Positions 17,554 to 27,277 are shown, numbered from the stretch's first letter. The stretch is 58,373 bases of DNA from Candidatus Woesearchaeota archaeon (GCA_018303685.1 JAGVXS010000001.1:1-58373), one strand, 5' to 3'. Numbers and translations are program-made. The notes: generated from the sequence alone by a model not told the origin.

Positions 17554-18954
17554 TTAGCCTCCCATGAACTTTCTCATCATGGGGTTCATGTCCATCATGT
17601 GCTGCCTTGCAATATCCTCATACAGCCTGTAGATTATCATAACTGCAAGCAGGATGCCTGTGCCTCTGCTCAAAGCTCCTGTCAAATCCGCAAGTGCGGC
17701 TAAAAATCCGACTGTTATGCCTCCCATTATCGTAAGAGGCCATATATACCTGCTAAGCAGCTTCTCAAGCACCCTTTCATCCTTCCTGAATCCGGGAATC
17801 TGCAATCCGCTTGATATCATCTGCTTCGCCTGGCTTTTTGCATCCATTCCTGCGGTCTGCACCCAGAATATGCTGAATACAACGCTTCCAAGAATAAAAA
17901 ACAGCAAGTAGAATGATGCCTGCAAATAAGAAGCAGCGCCTATAAACAAAGTGTGCTGCTGTATTATGCTTCTTACTATATCGGGGCCCTGAATCCAGTA
18001 AACAAATCCTGAGATAGGATTTCCTTGAGAGCCGAAAGTCCCGAGCAAAGGGTAGCCGATGTTCTGCAAGAGGCTGCCCCACAGCTGGAAATTTGCAATG
18101 AGCGCAGCAACAAGAATGACCGGTATGTTTGATGTGTAAATGAACGATAAAGGCCATCTTATGCCATGCCCCCTTATCATGCCGAAAGACAATGGAATCT
18201 CAACCTTCATCGCCTGGGCATAGACCGCAATCACAAAAACAAGTATTGTTGCGAGCACAGCTGAGATTGCGAGCACAGCACCTGTAACATCGCCGCTTAC
18301 AAGGCTCACAAAAAAGGCAGGAATAGCGCCTGGGGGAGTTGTTGCGCCTTTAGGCACAATCCAGTTAAACGCCTGCAGGAATATGCTCTTGCTTACGCCT
18401 GCAGCTATGAACAGGCTGATTCCAGAGCCAAATCCCCACTTGCTTACAACCTCGTCCAGGAACAATATCAGCAGGCCGCCGAGGAAAAGCTGGAAAACAA
18501 GTATGAGCTGAATCTGCAGGTAGAGTGAAGTTCCGCGGAACTGCTCGGCAGGCGCAAGGCCACCAAGGAAAACATAAATTGCGCTTTCAAAAAGTATGAA
18601 GAACAGCGACATGAATTTCTGGGTGCCCTGGAAGCTTTTCTTTCCTTCGGGAGTTGACAAGTCAAATTTCCAGATTCCTGAGCCGTTAAGCAGCTGCAAG
18701 ACTATGGAGGCCGTGACTATGGGGCCTATTCCCAGCGATATTATCGAGCCGAATTCCGCTCCAAAAATGATTGACAAAGTCTCAAATTTCTGCAAGGCGT
18801 TTATGCCCATGCCGAACAGCGGCATCAGTCCCAAGACAAAAAAAACAACAAGGGTTATGCCTGTCCATTTCATCTTCTCCCGGAAAGAAAGCATCTTCTG
18901 TGTGGGGCCTTCAACCTCGGGAAGATTTGATATAATAGTTTGCCAGAGAGACAT
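17554..18954 (-). CDS. secY: Preprotein translocase subunit SecY
   Basis: 466-aa, 10-TM protein at the end of the spc-type r-protein cluster, with typical SecY/Sec61-alpha sequence features. Confidence 0.93.
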   Translation of the reverse strand: MSLWQTIISNLPEVEGPTQKMLSFREKMKWTGITLVVFFVLGLMPLFGMGINALQKFETLSIIFGAEFGSIISLGIGPIVTASIVLQLLNGSGIWKFDLSTPEGKKSFQGTQKFMSLFFILFESAIYVFLGGLAPAEQFRGTSLYLQIQLILVFQLFLGGLLILFLDEVVSKWGFGSGISLFIAAGVSKSIFLQAFNWIVPKGATTPPGAIPAFFVSLVSGDVTGAVLAISAVLATILVFVIAVYAQAMKVEIPLSFGMIRGHGIRWPLSFIYTSNIPVILVAALIANFQLWGSLLQNIGYPLLGTFGSQGNPISGFVYWIQGPDIVRSIIQQHTLFIGAASYLQASFYLLFFILGSVVFSIFWVQTAGMDAKSQAKQMISSGLQIPGFRKDERVLEKLLSRYIWPLTIMGGITVGFLAALADLTGALSRGTGILLAVMIIYRLYEDIARQHMMDMNPMMRKFMGG

Positions 18955-18993
18955 TTTTGAACAGAATATTGGAAAATCAAGATGTTTTTAAAG

Positions 18994-19467
18994 TTATTGT
19001 AATGGTTCTTTAGGTTTGCCTTCAACCAATCCAACCACATCGCCACCCGCTTCCTTGACCTTTTCTATCGCTGATTTTGAAGCATATGGTGTTTTTATCT
19101 TTAATTTCATGGAAACTTTCCCGTCTCCAAGTAATTTGTTGAAGCCGAGTTTTTCCAATTCGACAGAATAAAATCCATCTTCCTTTTTTATTAAGTTGTT
19201 TGAAAGAAATTTATTGATGTGCTGTTCTATATAACTTACATTGACTGCATTAATCTTGACTTTAGGCGTCTTGCTTACAAACCCGAACTTCCCGAAATAC
19301 CTTTCATTCTTCCATATGCTTGGCTTTTTTGAATCTGCCCTCTTGCCTGAGCCTGCCATTCCCGCGCCGCCCTGGTGCCCTTTTCCCCTGTGCTTTTTCT
19401 TGGCGCCCCAGCCATGAGTCATGCTTCCCCTTTGCCTTGTGTTTTTCTTTCTCCTGTTGACTGTCAT
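18994..19467 (-). CDS. rpl15: 50S ribosomal protein uL15
   Basis: RRKKNTRQRGSMTHGWG.KKKHRG.G..GG.G motif and cluster position. Confidence 0.9.
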   Translation of the reverse strand: MTVNRRKKNTRQRGSMTHGWGAKKKHRGKGHQGGAGMAGSGKRADSKKPSIWKNERYFGKFGFVSKTPKVKINAVNVSYIEQHINKFLSNNLIKKEDGFYSVELEKLGFNKLLGDGKVSMKLKIKTPYASKSAIEKVKEAGGDVVGLVEGKPKEPLQ

Positions 19468-19468
19468 C

Positions 19469-19921
19469 TCAAACCATCCTCTTGATTAGATCGTTTATTT
19501 TATCGCCCCTGTATCCAAGAGCCCCTCCTTGCTGGAATGTGTGCTTGACACCTTTTCTTCCGAATCCTTTCCTTGGCGCATTCAGCCTGAAATACCTCTT
19601 CATTTTTTTGTTATCAATCACAATGAAATCATTGTATTTTATTTTGTTTTTTGAGTCGGATTCCCTGCCGCTGAATTGCTCACCTCTTTTTTCAACAAGC
19701 GTTTTGAAAGTCTCATCGTCAATTTCACCCCAGGTTATGTAATCTTTTGCTTTTTTCAGCATTCCAGTGTAGACTGGAGTGTTTGGAAGCACTATGCAGA
19801 AATTGTTCTTGTACAGCCTCAGCATTTTCATGGTGTCCTGTATTTTTGAGTTAACCATTGTCAATCCCCTTACCCTTATAGCCGCCAGCCGCTTTTGCCT
19901 AACCTCAGGTTTTTTTTCCAT
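19469..19921 (-). CDS. rpl30: 50S ribosomal protein uL30
   Basis: LAAIRVRG......I.DT...LRL motif, archaeal-length 150 aa, cluster position. Confidence 0.9.
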   Translation of the reverse strand: MEKKPEVRQKRLAAIRVRGLTMVNSKIQDTMKMLRLYKNNFCIVLPNTPVYTGMLKKAKDYITWGEIDDETFKTLVEKRGEQFSGRESDSKNKIKYNDFIVIDNKKMKRYFRLNAPRKGFGRKGVKHTFQQGGALGYRGDKINDLIKRMV

Positions 19922-19922
19922 T

Positions 19923-20792
19923 TTACATCACTGCCTTCGACGAGCCCTCCACGATATTTGATGCCCCTGTGTTTTTCTGGTTGATTTTAAAACTCATGAG
20001 TTTTTGCAATGCATCAAAGCATGCATAAAGAAGGTTGAGCTTGCTTCTGGTTTGCCCCTCTGTCCTTGACCATATGTCTTTTATCCCGGCAAGCTTCAAC
20101 ATCTTTTGGCATTCCTTCTCAACTATCAGCCCAGTGCCCTTCGGAGCCGGTATAAGCATCACAATAACCGAGCCGCATTTTCCGCTTACCTTAAACGGAA
20201 TTGTGTGCGGGTCGCCGCAGCCGCAGCGCCAGTTGCCGCAGCCTCTTCTTATTTTTATAATGTTGAGCTTGGCTTGCCTTAATGCCTTTTCCCTTGCAGG
20301 GACTGTCTCTTTTGACTTGCCGTAGCCGACACCCACATAGCCGTCTTCATTGCCAGTTACAGCAAACGTTGCGAACTTCGGCTTGTTGCCTTCCTGCGTC
20401 TTTTTCTGGGTTTGCTTGAAAATTCTTTTCTGCCCGCCGCCGAACTTTCCTTTTGACTGCCCTACCATCAGCAGGTCTGTTGACAGGTTTGGCAGCAAAG
20501 CATCAACCACTTCGGGCTCCAGTATCTTTATCCTGCTGTCCAGCACATAATCAATGCTAGTCACCTCTCCGTTTTTCACTTTTAAGCCCAAAGATGTCCT
20601 TGGCTTCCATGACTCTTTTTCAAATGCTCCCTTTTTTTTGACTTCTTCGACTATGACTTCCTCTATCTCCTTCACTTCGCCAAGCTCTGTTGCAAGCCCC
20701 TCCTTCGGCTTTTCAACCAAAGCTTCCTCTTCCTGCAATTCCTCTATCTTCGGCTCTTCGGCCTTTTTTTCTTCTGTTTTCTTTTTAGCCAT
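19923..20792 (-). CDS. rps5: 30S ribosomal protein uS5 with Lys/Glu-rich N-terminal extension
   Basis: uS5 core (VVGNEDGYVGVGYGKSKE..AI.KA) preceded by an approximately 60-aa acidic/basic low-complexity N-terminus. Confidence 0.9.
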   Translation of the reverse strand: MAKKKTEEKKAEEPKIEELQEEEALVEKPKEGLATELGEVKEIEEVIVEEVKKKGAFEKESWKPRTSLGLKVKNGEVTSIDYVLDSRIKILEPEVVDALLPNLSTDLLMVGQSKGKFGGGQKRIFKQTQKKTQEGNKPKFATFAVTGNEDGYVGVGYGKSKETVPAREKALRQAKLNIIKIRRGCGNWRCGCGDPHTIPFKVSGKCGSVIVMLIPAPKGTGLIVEKECQKMLKLAGIKDIWSRTEGQTRSKLNLLYACFDALQKLMSFKINQKNTGASNIVEGSSKAVM

Positions 20793-21363
20793 GCATCTTA
20801 CCTTTCACAGAGTTAAAGTTAGCTGTTATGTCTTCGGGATTCATCCCTTTTTTTATGTAGCCTGAAAACTGCTTCTTGTATCTTTGCGCCTCGTTCTTAA
20901 GCGCCTGCGCATATTTTGCTATGTGCTCACCTGAAAGCCTTTCTTTCTGCGGAAGCATTTCCTTCTCAAATGGTATTTTAAGCCCTGCATCAACCGCCCC
21001 TGCAAGCACAGCATACAGGCCTGAGCCTTTTGACGAATTGTTAAAACCTATGTCCAGTATCGGATCTTTAATGCCTTTCTCAAGAGCCTTTTTCCCTGCC
21101 AAAAATCCTGTCAGGTATGCGCTTGGCAGGTTGCCTCCGCAGTAGTTCCAGCCCAGCTTGGCAAGCGTGTTTGAGCTTACTGCAAGCAAGACCTTGTCGC
21201 CTTTCGGGCTGTACTCAACAACAGCAGCATGAAAATTTTTAAGTGATTTCCTTACAACAAATCTTAATCTATTTGACACAAGCAGCTTAAGCCTTTTCCT
21301 GTAGTTTGTCCTTCCCAGCCTCTTCCTTCTGAAAGGCATGGTGTATGTTTTGCCCGAAATCAT
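20785..21363 (-). CDS. rpl18: 50S ribosomal protein uL18
   Basis: FRRKRLGRTNYRKRLKLL..RLRFVVRKSLK is typical of archaeal L18. Confidence 0.9.
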   Translation of the reverse strand: MISGKTYTMPFRRKRLGRTNYRKRLKLLVSNRLRFVVRKSLKNFHAAVVEYSPKGDKVLLAVSSNTLAKLGWNYCGGNLPSAYLTGFLAGKKALEKGIKDPILDIGFNNSSKGSGLYAVLAGAVDAGLKIPFEKEMLPQKERLSGEHIAKYAQALKNEAQRYKKQFSGYIKKGMNPEDITANFNSVKGKMHG

Positions 21364-21806
21364 TTTTTAACCATTCCCCTTTCACTCACATAAAGCTTCA
21401 GATGCCTTAGGTTCCTGAAAAATCCCCCCTTGCTTTTCATATAAAGCTCATGGTATACGGGCGCCGTTATAGCCTCCCTGCTTCTCAGCGATTTGATGAA
21501 AATCCTTTGCAGCCTTATCCTGTTTATCCAGTCCCTTTTGGGCTCAAGCCTTGCTGTTTTTTTCCCTTTTCTTGAACCATGCCCTTTTTGCCTCCCTTTG
21601 CTTTTCTGTTTTTTCCTGTGCCGGGCCCAGAATTTTGATGTATTTGATGTCATTTTTTTGGTGATGACTCCGTTGTTTATAAGGGACATCACATCTTTTT
21701 TTGTTATGGCTTCTTTTATATCCTCGAGCCTGCCTGTATCAAACCTTACCCTGTTTTGCCCACATTTCAAAATCTGGGCTGCCAGCCTTCTTTGTACTCT
21801 CAGCAT
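21360..21806 (-). CDS. rpl19e: 50S ribosomal protein L19e
   Basis: LRVQRRLAAQILKCGQNRVRFD and a basic central region. Confidence 0.9.
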   Translation of the reverse strand: MLRVQRRLAAQILKCGQNRVRFDTGRLEDIKEAITKKDVMSLINNGVITKKMTSNTSKFWARHRKKQKSKGRQKGHGSRKGKKTARLEPKRDWINRIRLQRIFIKSLRSREAITAPVYHELYMKSKGGFFRNLRHLKLYVSERGMVKK

Positions 21807-21807
21807 T

Positions 21808-22392
21808 TTATACCTTTTTTGTCAGCACTTTGTCTTTTTCCTTTTTTTCAGATTCTTTTTTGTCCTCTTCCGTTAATTTTTGTTCTGTGCTTTTTCCCTG
21901 CTTTTCTTTTGGCTCTTTTTTTATTTCATGCACCTTGGACTCTTCCTTCTTTGATTCCTTGGGTGCTTTCTTTTTTGAGCTGATCATGCCTTCAATCTTT
22001 TTTATATGCTCGTCAAGATTTAAATTCAGGACAGCAATATTCATCTCCTTTGCCTTTTTCAGGATTTCAAGCCTTTTTCTCATGCCGACTTTTCCCGATA
22101 TTATTATGCCCTCGCTTTCCTTTCTTATTTTTCCGACTTCATCGGGAAAAAATATGCTTATCATTTTCAATCCTGACTGGTGCAGCCCTTTTACGGCTTT
22201 GGGTGATTTGTAGCCGGGAGAAGGCATCTTCCTTCTGCCCTTGAAGCGGTGCCGTATCTTTGAGTGTATGCCTTTTGGCTTTCTCCATTTTAATTTTCTT
22301 CCCAGCCTCTTTCTCCTTTGATGATCCTGCCTAATGAAATCTGGTTTTCTTTCCTTGATGCCATTCCTGATTTCCAGAAGTCTCTCAATCAT
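21808..22392 (-). CDS. rpl32e: 50S ribosomal protein L32e with Lys/Glu-rich C-terminal extension
   Basis: FIRQDHQRRKRLG..WRKPKGIHSK.R core, then an approximately 60-aa K/E-rich tail. Confidence 0.88.
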   Translation of the reverse strand: MIERLLEIRNGIKERKPDFIRQDHQRRKRLGRKLKWRKPKGIHSKIRHRFKGRRKMPSPGYKSPKAVKGLHQSGLKMISIFFPDEVGKIRKESEGIIISGKVGMRKRLEILKKAKEMNIAVLNLNLDEHIKKIEGMISSKKKAPKESKKEESKVHEIKKEPKEKQGKSTEQKLTEEDKKESEKKEKDKVLTKKV

Positions 22393-22955
22393 TTAAGCTC
22401 TTTCCCGTCTTTGTTTATTATGTATATTCCATCCTGAAAAATTCTTGTGTCGTACCCAGGCCTTCTTGTAAGCTGCTCAATGTCGGCGCTTACCTGCCCT
22501 GCAGTTTCCTTGCTGGCGCTTGTTACATAAACCAAATCACCTTCAATTTTGACATTGGTGTTCTCCTTTAGCTGCAAAACCCTCGGCACTTTCTCCCCAA
22601 GGAGGTTTTTAACGACAAGCTTGCCGCCTGCTACGCTTACATTCATTGGAAAATGCCCCGAGCATATTTTCAGCACATAAGTGTGGTTTTGTGTGCTGCC
22701 TCTTGCCATGTTTTTGATGTGCGCAACCATCGAGCCCATCATTTTCTTGTCTGTTTTTGTCCCTCCACTGGATTCAAGGATTATTTTTTTGTCTTCTATT
22801 TTCACTGAGATATTGTGCTGCTTCAGCTCTCTGGCAGACTCCCCTTTTGGGCCAGCCACTTTAAGGAAACCCGCATTAATGGCGGCATTTACGCCGCTAG
22901 GCAGATCTACCTCCCTTGTTATTTTCTTTTTTCCTATGCCTCTGATTTTTACCAT
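22389..22955 (-). CDS. rpl6: 50S ribosomal protein uL6
   Basis: Typical L6 two-domain sequence. The start is set at internal ATG 22955, directly after the rps8 stop, rather than the track's 23042. Confidence 0.88.
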   Translation of the reverse strand: MVKIRGIGKKKITREVDLPSGVNAAINAGFLKVAGPKGESARELKQHNISVKIEDKKIILESSGGTKTDKKMMGSMVAHIKNMARGSTQNHTYVLKICSGHFPMNVSVAGGKLVVKNLLGEKVPRVLQLKENTNVKIEGDLVYVTSASKETAGQVSADIEQLTRRPGYDTRIFQDGIYIINKDGKELK

Positions 22956-22956
22956 T

Positions 22957-23346
22957 TTAATAACAATAAGCCAGCAGCCTTCCTCCTGTTTTTTTTGATT
23001 TGGCGTCGTAATGCGAGATAATGCCGCTTGGGGTTGATACAAACAATATTCCTATATCCTTTGCAGGAAGGTATCTTTTTTCAAATTTTTCAAAGCCGTT
23101 GCCTTTTACGCTGTATCTGGGCTTGATTACGCCGCATTTGTTTATGCCTCCGATGAGATTGAGCCTGAGGTAATTGCCCCTGCCGTCTTCAATCTCCTTG
23201 AAATCCCCGACATAGCCGTTCTCTTGCATTATCTTCAGTATATCCTTTATCAGCTTTGAGACTGGCTTTATGAGGCATTCCTGTTTTCCTATAGCCTCAT
23301 TATTAAGCATCAATGACATCATATTTGCTAATGGGTCGTTAAGCAT
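22957..23346 (-). CDS. rps8: 30S ribosomal protein uS8
   Basis: DPLANMMSLMLNNEAIGKQEC start, 129 aa. Confidence 0.9.
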   Translation of the reverse strand: MLNDPLANMMSLMLNNEAIGKQECLIKPVSKLIKDILKIMQENGYVGDFKEIEDGRGNYLRLNLIGGINKCGVIKPRYSVKGNGFEKFEKRYLPAKDIGILFVSTPSGIISHYDAKSKKTGGRLLAYCY

Positions 23347-23357
23347 TTGTAAGCACC

Positions 23358-23588
23358 TTAATTGTATTTTTTAAATCCCAAGTTTGTGGCTATCTCCCTG
23401 AAGCAGGTTCTGCAAAGGCTTAATCCGTATTTGCTTATGTGTGCTCCGGGTCTTCCGCAGCGCCTGCATTTTTTAATTGACCTGCCGTACTTTCTCTGCT
23501 TCGGTGCATTATGCCGCATGTATTTCTGCAGCTTTGCAGGCTTTGCCTTCAGCTGCTTGAGCACCTTCCTGTAATCGCTGTATGTCAT
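23358..23588 (-). CDS. rps14: 30S ribosomal protein uS14 (zinc-binding type)
   Basis: CRRCGR..........CRTCFRE zinc ribbon and cluster position. Confidence 0.88.
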   Translation of the reverse strand: MTYSDYRKVLKQLKAKPAKLQKYMRHNAPKQRKYGRSIKKCRRCGRPGAHISKYGLSLCRTCFREIATNLGFKKYN

Positions 23589-24101
23589 TTACTCAACCTC
23601 CACTTTCAGGTCGAAGTTTTTTGACATGAACTCCACTGCTTCCTGCCTTGAAACCCTGTGCCTTGCCGGTATCTTTCTGGCAAGCAGCCTTCTCCGCTTT
23701 ATCCTGTAGCCGGGCCTTTCAAGGGTAACACACACTTCAAGCCCCATAATTCCTATCTTTGGGTCATATTTCACGCCGGGAATATCTATGTACTCGTGAA
23801 TGCCAAACGCCACGTTTCCGTTGCTGTCGAATTGGTTTTCCCTGAGCTTGTTGTCAACGGCTTCGAGCAGCTTTTGGAGCAGTTTGATTGCCCTGTCTTT
23901 TCTCAAAGTGAGCTTGCACCCTATCGGCAGTCCCGGTCTGAGCCCCCATTCCTGTATTCTCTTGCTTGTCACTGTCTTTATCGGAGTTGCATTTGCAATT
24001 GCATTCAGAAGGATTATTCCTTTCTCTAGCTTAGACTGGTCTTTCCCTGCACCAATGTTCAATGTTACCTTCTCCACCCTTATTCCTTTCATTGAATTCA
24101 T
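23589..24101 (-). CDS. rpl5: 50S ribosomal protein uL5
   Basis: EKVTLNIGAG..., 170 aa, cluster position. Confidence 0.9.
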   Translation of the reverse strand: MNSMKGIRVEKVTLNIGAGKDQSKLEKGIILLNAIANATPIKTVTSKRIQEWGLRPGLPIGCKLTLRKDRAIKLLQKLLEAVDNKLRENQFDSNGNVAFGIHEYIDIPGVKYDPKIGIMGLEVCVTLERPGYRIKRRRLLARKIPARHRVSRQEAVEFMSKNFDLKVEVE

Positions 24102-24793
24102 CTTGAACCCAGTGTGATTAAAGGCTTGCTGTCGCCTATCACAAAAGCGTATTTCTTTGACGTCTCCACAAGAATACCTTTTTCGTCCTTGTAGACTATC
24201 TTGCTCCCGACTATGTTTTCAACACTTCCAAGCTCGCCTATGTGCTTTCCCCCTGTAAGGATTATGACTGAATTTTTGCCCAGCTTAAGGTGCTTGCTGA
24301 TTTTCTGGTCAGGCAAAGACATCATCAGTGTGTCTCCGACAGAATATGACTTGTCGCTTGCAATAATGTTCTTGCCGTCGTAAAGGTTCAGCTGCAGCCT
24401 GCCTTTTACGGCTGTTTTTCCTGTGATTTTGCAAGGCTTCGTCAAAGCCTCATCCTTGCTTATCTTCGCAAGCGCTATTTTGCCTTTTTTGCCAAGAACC
24501 ACCCTGAAATGCTCTTTCGTGCCGGAAAACTCAACAGCATCGAAAATACCCACAGGAAACCCGAGATCTTTTCTTGGCTTGCCGTCAATCTTTATTTCAC
24601 CGGAATTCAGTATTTTCTTGGCCTCTCTTGTTGTGCCTGCATATCCCAGCACTTCCTTTAGCATTACGCTTAGCGGGATTCCTGACTCTAGATTATGGGG
24701 GCCTGGCGCCTGTTTTGCAATAAATTTCCGGCCCTTTCTCTTTATCTGCCATGTTTTTGGCGCTGCAAACCTTTTCATGTGGTTTTTTCCCAT
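24098..24793 (-). CDS. rps4e: 30S ribosomal protein S4e
   Basis: HMKRFAAPKTWQIKRK start with S4/KOW-like regions. Confidence 0.9.
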   Translation of the reverse strand: MGKNHMKRFAAPKTWQIKRKGRKFIAKQAPGPHNLESGIPLSVMLKEVLGYAGTTREAKKILNSGEIKIDGKPRKDLGFPVGIFDAVEFSGTKEHFRVVLGKKGKIALAKISKDEALTKPCKITGKTAVKGRLQLNLYDGKNIIASDKSYSVGDTLMMSLPDQKISKHLKLGKNSVIILTGGKHIGELGSVENIVGSKIVYKDEKGILVETSKKYAFVIGDSKPLITLGSR

Positions 24794-24794
24794 T

Positions 24795-25184
24795 TTACTT
24801 TCTCTCCAGTATTTCCTGCCTTTGTTTGTCGTCTAAATTCAGCTCTGTTATCATCAGGTTCGAGGGGTTGAATGACACAAGCCTCTTGGTGCCGTCTTTT
24901 TTTGTTATCTCAATGCCGCTCACAAAAACAGCCGTGTCTTTTGTGCTTATGGAATCCACCTTGCCTTCCTGCTTTTTGAACTGCCCCCTCATTATCTTCA
25001 CTTTGTCGCCTTTGCGCAGGCTTACGCTTCTCCTGCTATACTTCTTTCTCAGGTCTTTTGATAAGTGGGAATGCACCAGCTTTTGCTTTATGTGAAGGGG
25101 CGCATTTAACCTGTACTTCCTTTGCTTTCTCGGTTTCCTGCTGCTTTTCCACGCGCCTGAAAATTTTTTCATTTTGTCAAACAA
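24795..25184 (-). CDS. rpl24: 50S ribosomal protein uL24
   Basis: SSRKPRKQRKYRLNAPLH..LRKGDKVKIMRGQFK KOW motif. Confidence 0.9.
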   Translation of the reverse strand: MFDKMKKFSGAWKSSRKPRKQRKYRLNAPLHIKQKLVHSHLSKDLRKKYSRRSVSLRKGDKVKIMRGQFKKQEGKVDSISTKDTAVFVSGIEITKKDGTKRLVSFNPSNLMITELNLDDKQRQEILERK

Positions 25185-25578
25185 CTATGCTCGCGATTTT
25201 TGCAATTCCCGGCCACCTCTCGCATGCCTCCTTTGCAATTGCTCCCTTGAATATAGTGCCTTTTGGGTTGCCTTTCTCGTCTTTAAGGACAACTGCCGAG
25301 TTATCCTCAAACTTTATCCTTGTGCCGTCAGCCCTCCTGTACTCCTTCCTTTGCCTGACTATTATTGCGTACACAACCTGCTTTCTCATGTCAGGGCGCC
25401 CCCTCACTACTGATGCCATGACTAGGTCCCCAACACCACATGAGGAAATCCTCCCTTTTGTTGTTTTCAGGCCTACAACTGTGAAAACCCTTATTACTTT
25501 AGCTCCTGAATTGTCGCATGTCTCAATCCTGCATCCCACCGGAAGGGGTCTTCCGATGCGGGCTTTTAATGGCTGCAT
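25177..25578 (-). CDS. rpl14: 50S ribosomal protein uL14
   Basis: CDNSGAK.......VG and GD......V..G.P.MR motifs. Confidence 0.9.
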   Translation of the reverse strand: MQPLKARIGRPLPVGCRIETCDNSGAKVIRVFTVVGLKTTKGRISSCGVGDLVMASVVRGRPDMRKQVVYAIIVRQRKEYRRADGTRIKFEDNSAVVLKDEKGNPKGTIFKGAIAKEACERWPGIAKIASIVV

Positions 25579-26004
25579 TTAAACTGCCTCCTGATTTTCT
25601 GATTCCAGCTTCTTTGCCTCAATTTTTGACGCTTCTCTCGCTTCCATTTTTCCCTTAAACCCCTTCTCGACGCCGAGTTTCCTTATTATGACGAAGTTCT
25701 TTGTCTTGCTCAGCGGCCTGCACTCAACCACACCCACCAAATCACCTTCCTTTGCATTGATGCAGTCCGGGTTGTGCACTTTCATTTTTGTCCTTCTTTT
25801 CTCGTATCTTTCATATTTCTTCAAAAAATGAAGCCTTTCAAACTCTATAACGGCTGTTTTTCTCATTCTTCCCGATATGACTATTCCTGTGAAATGCCTG
25901 CCGCGCACGCTTAGCCTGCCGTGGTACGGGCATTTGGTGTCGCTGCATTTGTTTTTCGGGGCTTCTGCAGCCATACCTGTGCTCCTTGATTCCTGTGTTT
26001 TCAT
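25579..26004 (-). CDS. rps17: 30S ribosomal protein uS17 (with short charged C-terminal tail)
   Basis: CSDTKCPYHG..VRG..F.G.V.S..M.KT core. Confidence 0.88.
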   Translation of the reverse strand: MKTQESRSTGMAAEAPKNKCSDTKCPYHGRLSVRGRHFTGIVISGRMRKTAVIEFERLHFLKKYERYEKRRTKMKVHNPDCINAKEGDLVGVVECRPLSKTKNFVIIRKLGVEKGFKGKMEAREASKIEAKKLESENQEAV

Positions 26005-26051
26005 TTTATTGTTTTATTTACTGTAAACTGTGTTTTAACTGTCTTTTTCTT

Positions 26052-26360
26052 TTACCTTATCTCTACGCTGCTTGGTGCAAAGCCGTGCTCAATCAGTATT
26101 TTTTTTACTTTTATCTTGTGCTCTCCCTGCAGTTCTATCTTGCCGTCTTTTATTGTGCCTCCGCACGCGAGCTCTGACTTCAGCTTTTTTGCCAGATCCT
26201 TGAGGTCTATTTCCTTTTTGTCTATACCATCAACAATCGTGTAGTTTTTGTTGAATTTCTTCTTCTCTATATAAACCAAAATTTTCTGGCTCTCCTTTGC
26301 TATTGTCTCACATACGCAAAGCTCTTTCACCAAACCGCACACTGGGCATATTTCACTCAT
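26052..26360 (-). CDS. Translation initiation factor SUI1/aIF1
   Basis: N-terminal CPVCG...C.C zinc knuckle plus the SUI1 fold sequence ([24 protein letters not shown]). Confidence 0.88.
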   Translation of the reverse strand: MSEICPVCGLVKELCVCETIAKESQKILVYIEKKKFNKNYTIVDGIDKKEIDLKDLAKKLKSELACGGTIKDGKIELQGEHKIKVKKILIEHGFAPSSVEIR

Positions 26361-26571
26361 TCCTTTTTGCGTCCTCCCTGCTTAAAGTCTTCTCCCTTCT
26401 TATTGTCATTATTTTCGCGATTGTTTTTTTGGCTTCCCTCACCTTGCCGGGGCTCTTCGGCACTGTGCCTATTGCAATCTGCGAGTTTGCCCTCATAAGC
26501 TCCTTCCTCAGCTCTGCCAGCTTGCCATCCATCTCCGCATCGCTCATGAGCCTAAGTTCCTTTGCTTTCAT
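26353..26571 (-). CDS. rpl29: 50S ribosomal protein uL29
   Basis: [25 protein letters not shown] is typical of L29. Confidence 0.88.
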   Translation of the reverse strand: MKAKELRLMSDAEMDGKLAELRKELMRANSQIAIGTVPKSPGKVREAKKTIAKIMTIRREKTLSREDAKRNE

Positions 26572-27277
26572 CTTTTCCTTCTTTCTCTGTTTCTTTTTTG
26601 CGCCTTTTTCTCTTTGTTTCTTTTTTCGGCTGCTCTTCCTTTTTTTCCTCTGCCTCTTTTGCTTCCTCTACCTTGATTTCCATTTCGTCTTTGAGCTCTA
26701 TGTCATCAGGCAGTTTTATGTCAGGGGGCATTATGCTCACCTTGACGCCGATTATTCCTGTCTTGAGCTTTGCCTGTGTGTTTGACTTCCTGACGCTGTT
26801 TGCTATGTCGCCGCATTTTTTCAGGTATCCTGAATAAAATCGCCAAGATTTTGCCCTGGCGCTCGGAACCTTGCCGCTAACGACTATTTCTATGCCAAGC
26901 GCACCTGCCTTCATTACTTCCATCATTATCTTGTGGCCTATTGCCTTGAATTTCTCAGAGCCAAACTTCTCAAGCGCATCAACTATTTTTTCCCCGACTA
27001 TTTTCGCATCAAGGCTGGGAATTTCAACCTCGCTTATCTCTATCTGCGGGTTCTCGAGTGTGAATCTTTTCTTCAGGGTTTTTGTAAGCTGTTTTATGTT
27101 CTGCCCCTTCCTTCCGACTATAAGCCCGGGCCTTGATGTAAAAATTATTATCTTCTCCCCAAGCGGGGTTTTTACCATTTTTGTATGGCTGTGCCCGACA
27201 TTTCGCAGGTTCTGGGTTATGTACTCCTCTATCTGGAATTCCTTGATTTTTTGCGCGACAAATTTCCTCTCAATCAT
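26552..27277 (-). CDS. rps3: 30S ribosomal protein uS3 with Lys/Glu-rich C-terminal tail
   Basis: KH domain (RPGLIVGRKGQNIKQL) plus the S3 C-domain; the tail is KVEEAKEAEEKKEEQPKKETKRKRRKKE... Confidence 0.9.
   Translation of the reverse strand: MIERKFVAQKIKEFQIEEYITQNLRNVGHSHTKMVKTPLGEKIIIFTSRPGLIVGRKGQNIKQLTKTLKKRFTLENPQIEISEVEIPSLDAKIVGEKIVDALEKFGSEKFKAIGHKIMMEVMKAGALGIEIVVSGKVPSARAKSWRFYSGYLKKCGDIANSVRKSNTQAKLKTGIIGVKVSIMPPDIKLPDDIELKDEMEIKVEEAKEAEEKKEEQPKKETKRKRRKKETEKEGKDESKGT

Noticed and set aside
21493-22244. Several plus-strand ORFs (127, 170, 75, 64 aa) across rpl19e/rpl32e
   Set aside because: These are shadow ORFs of the K/E-rich r-protein tails (F/L/S-rich) and lie entirely inside well-supported minus-strand genes.
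22956-23042. N-terminal ORF extensions offered by the track (rpl6 to 23042, rpl23 to 29184, rpl3 to 31017, aIF2-beta to 41431, cdc6 from 32721, trmB to 32565, mcm to 45033, pilin from 16290, speE-like to 48195, aroDE from 5212)
   Set aside because: The extensions are non-homologous to the known N-termini of these families. They overlap upstream genes or promoters, several rely on TTG/GTG starts, and the internal ATGs match the canonical protein starts and TATA spacing.
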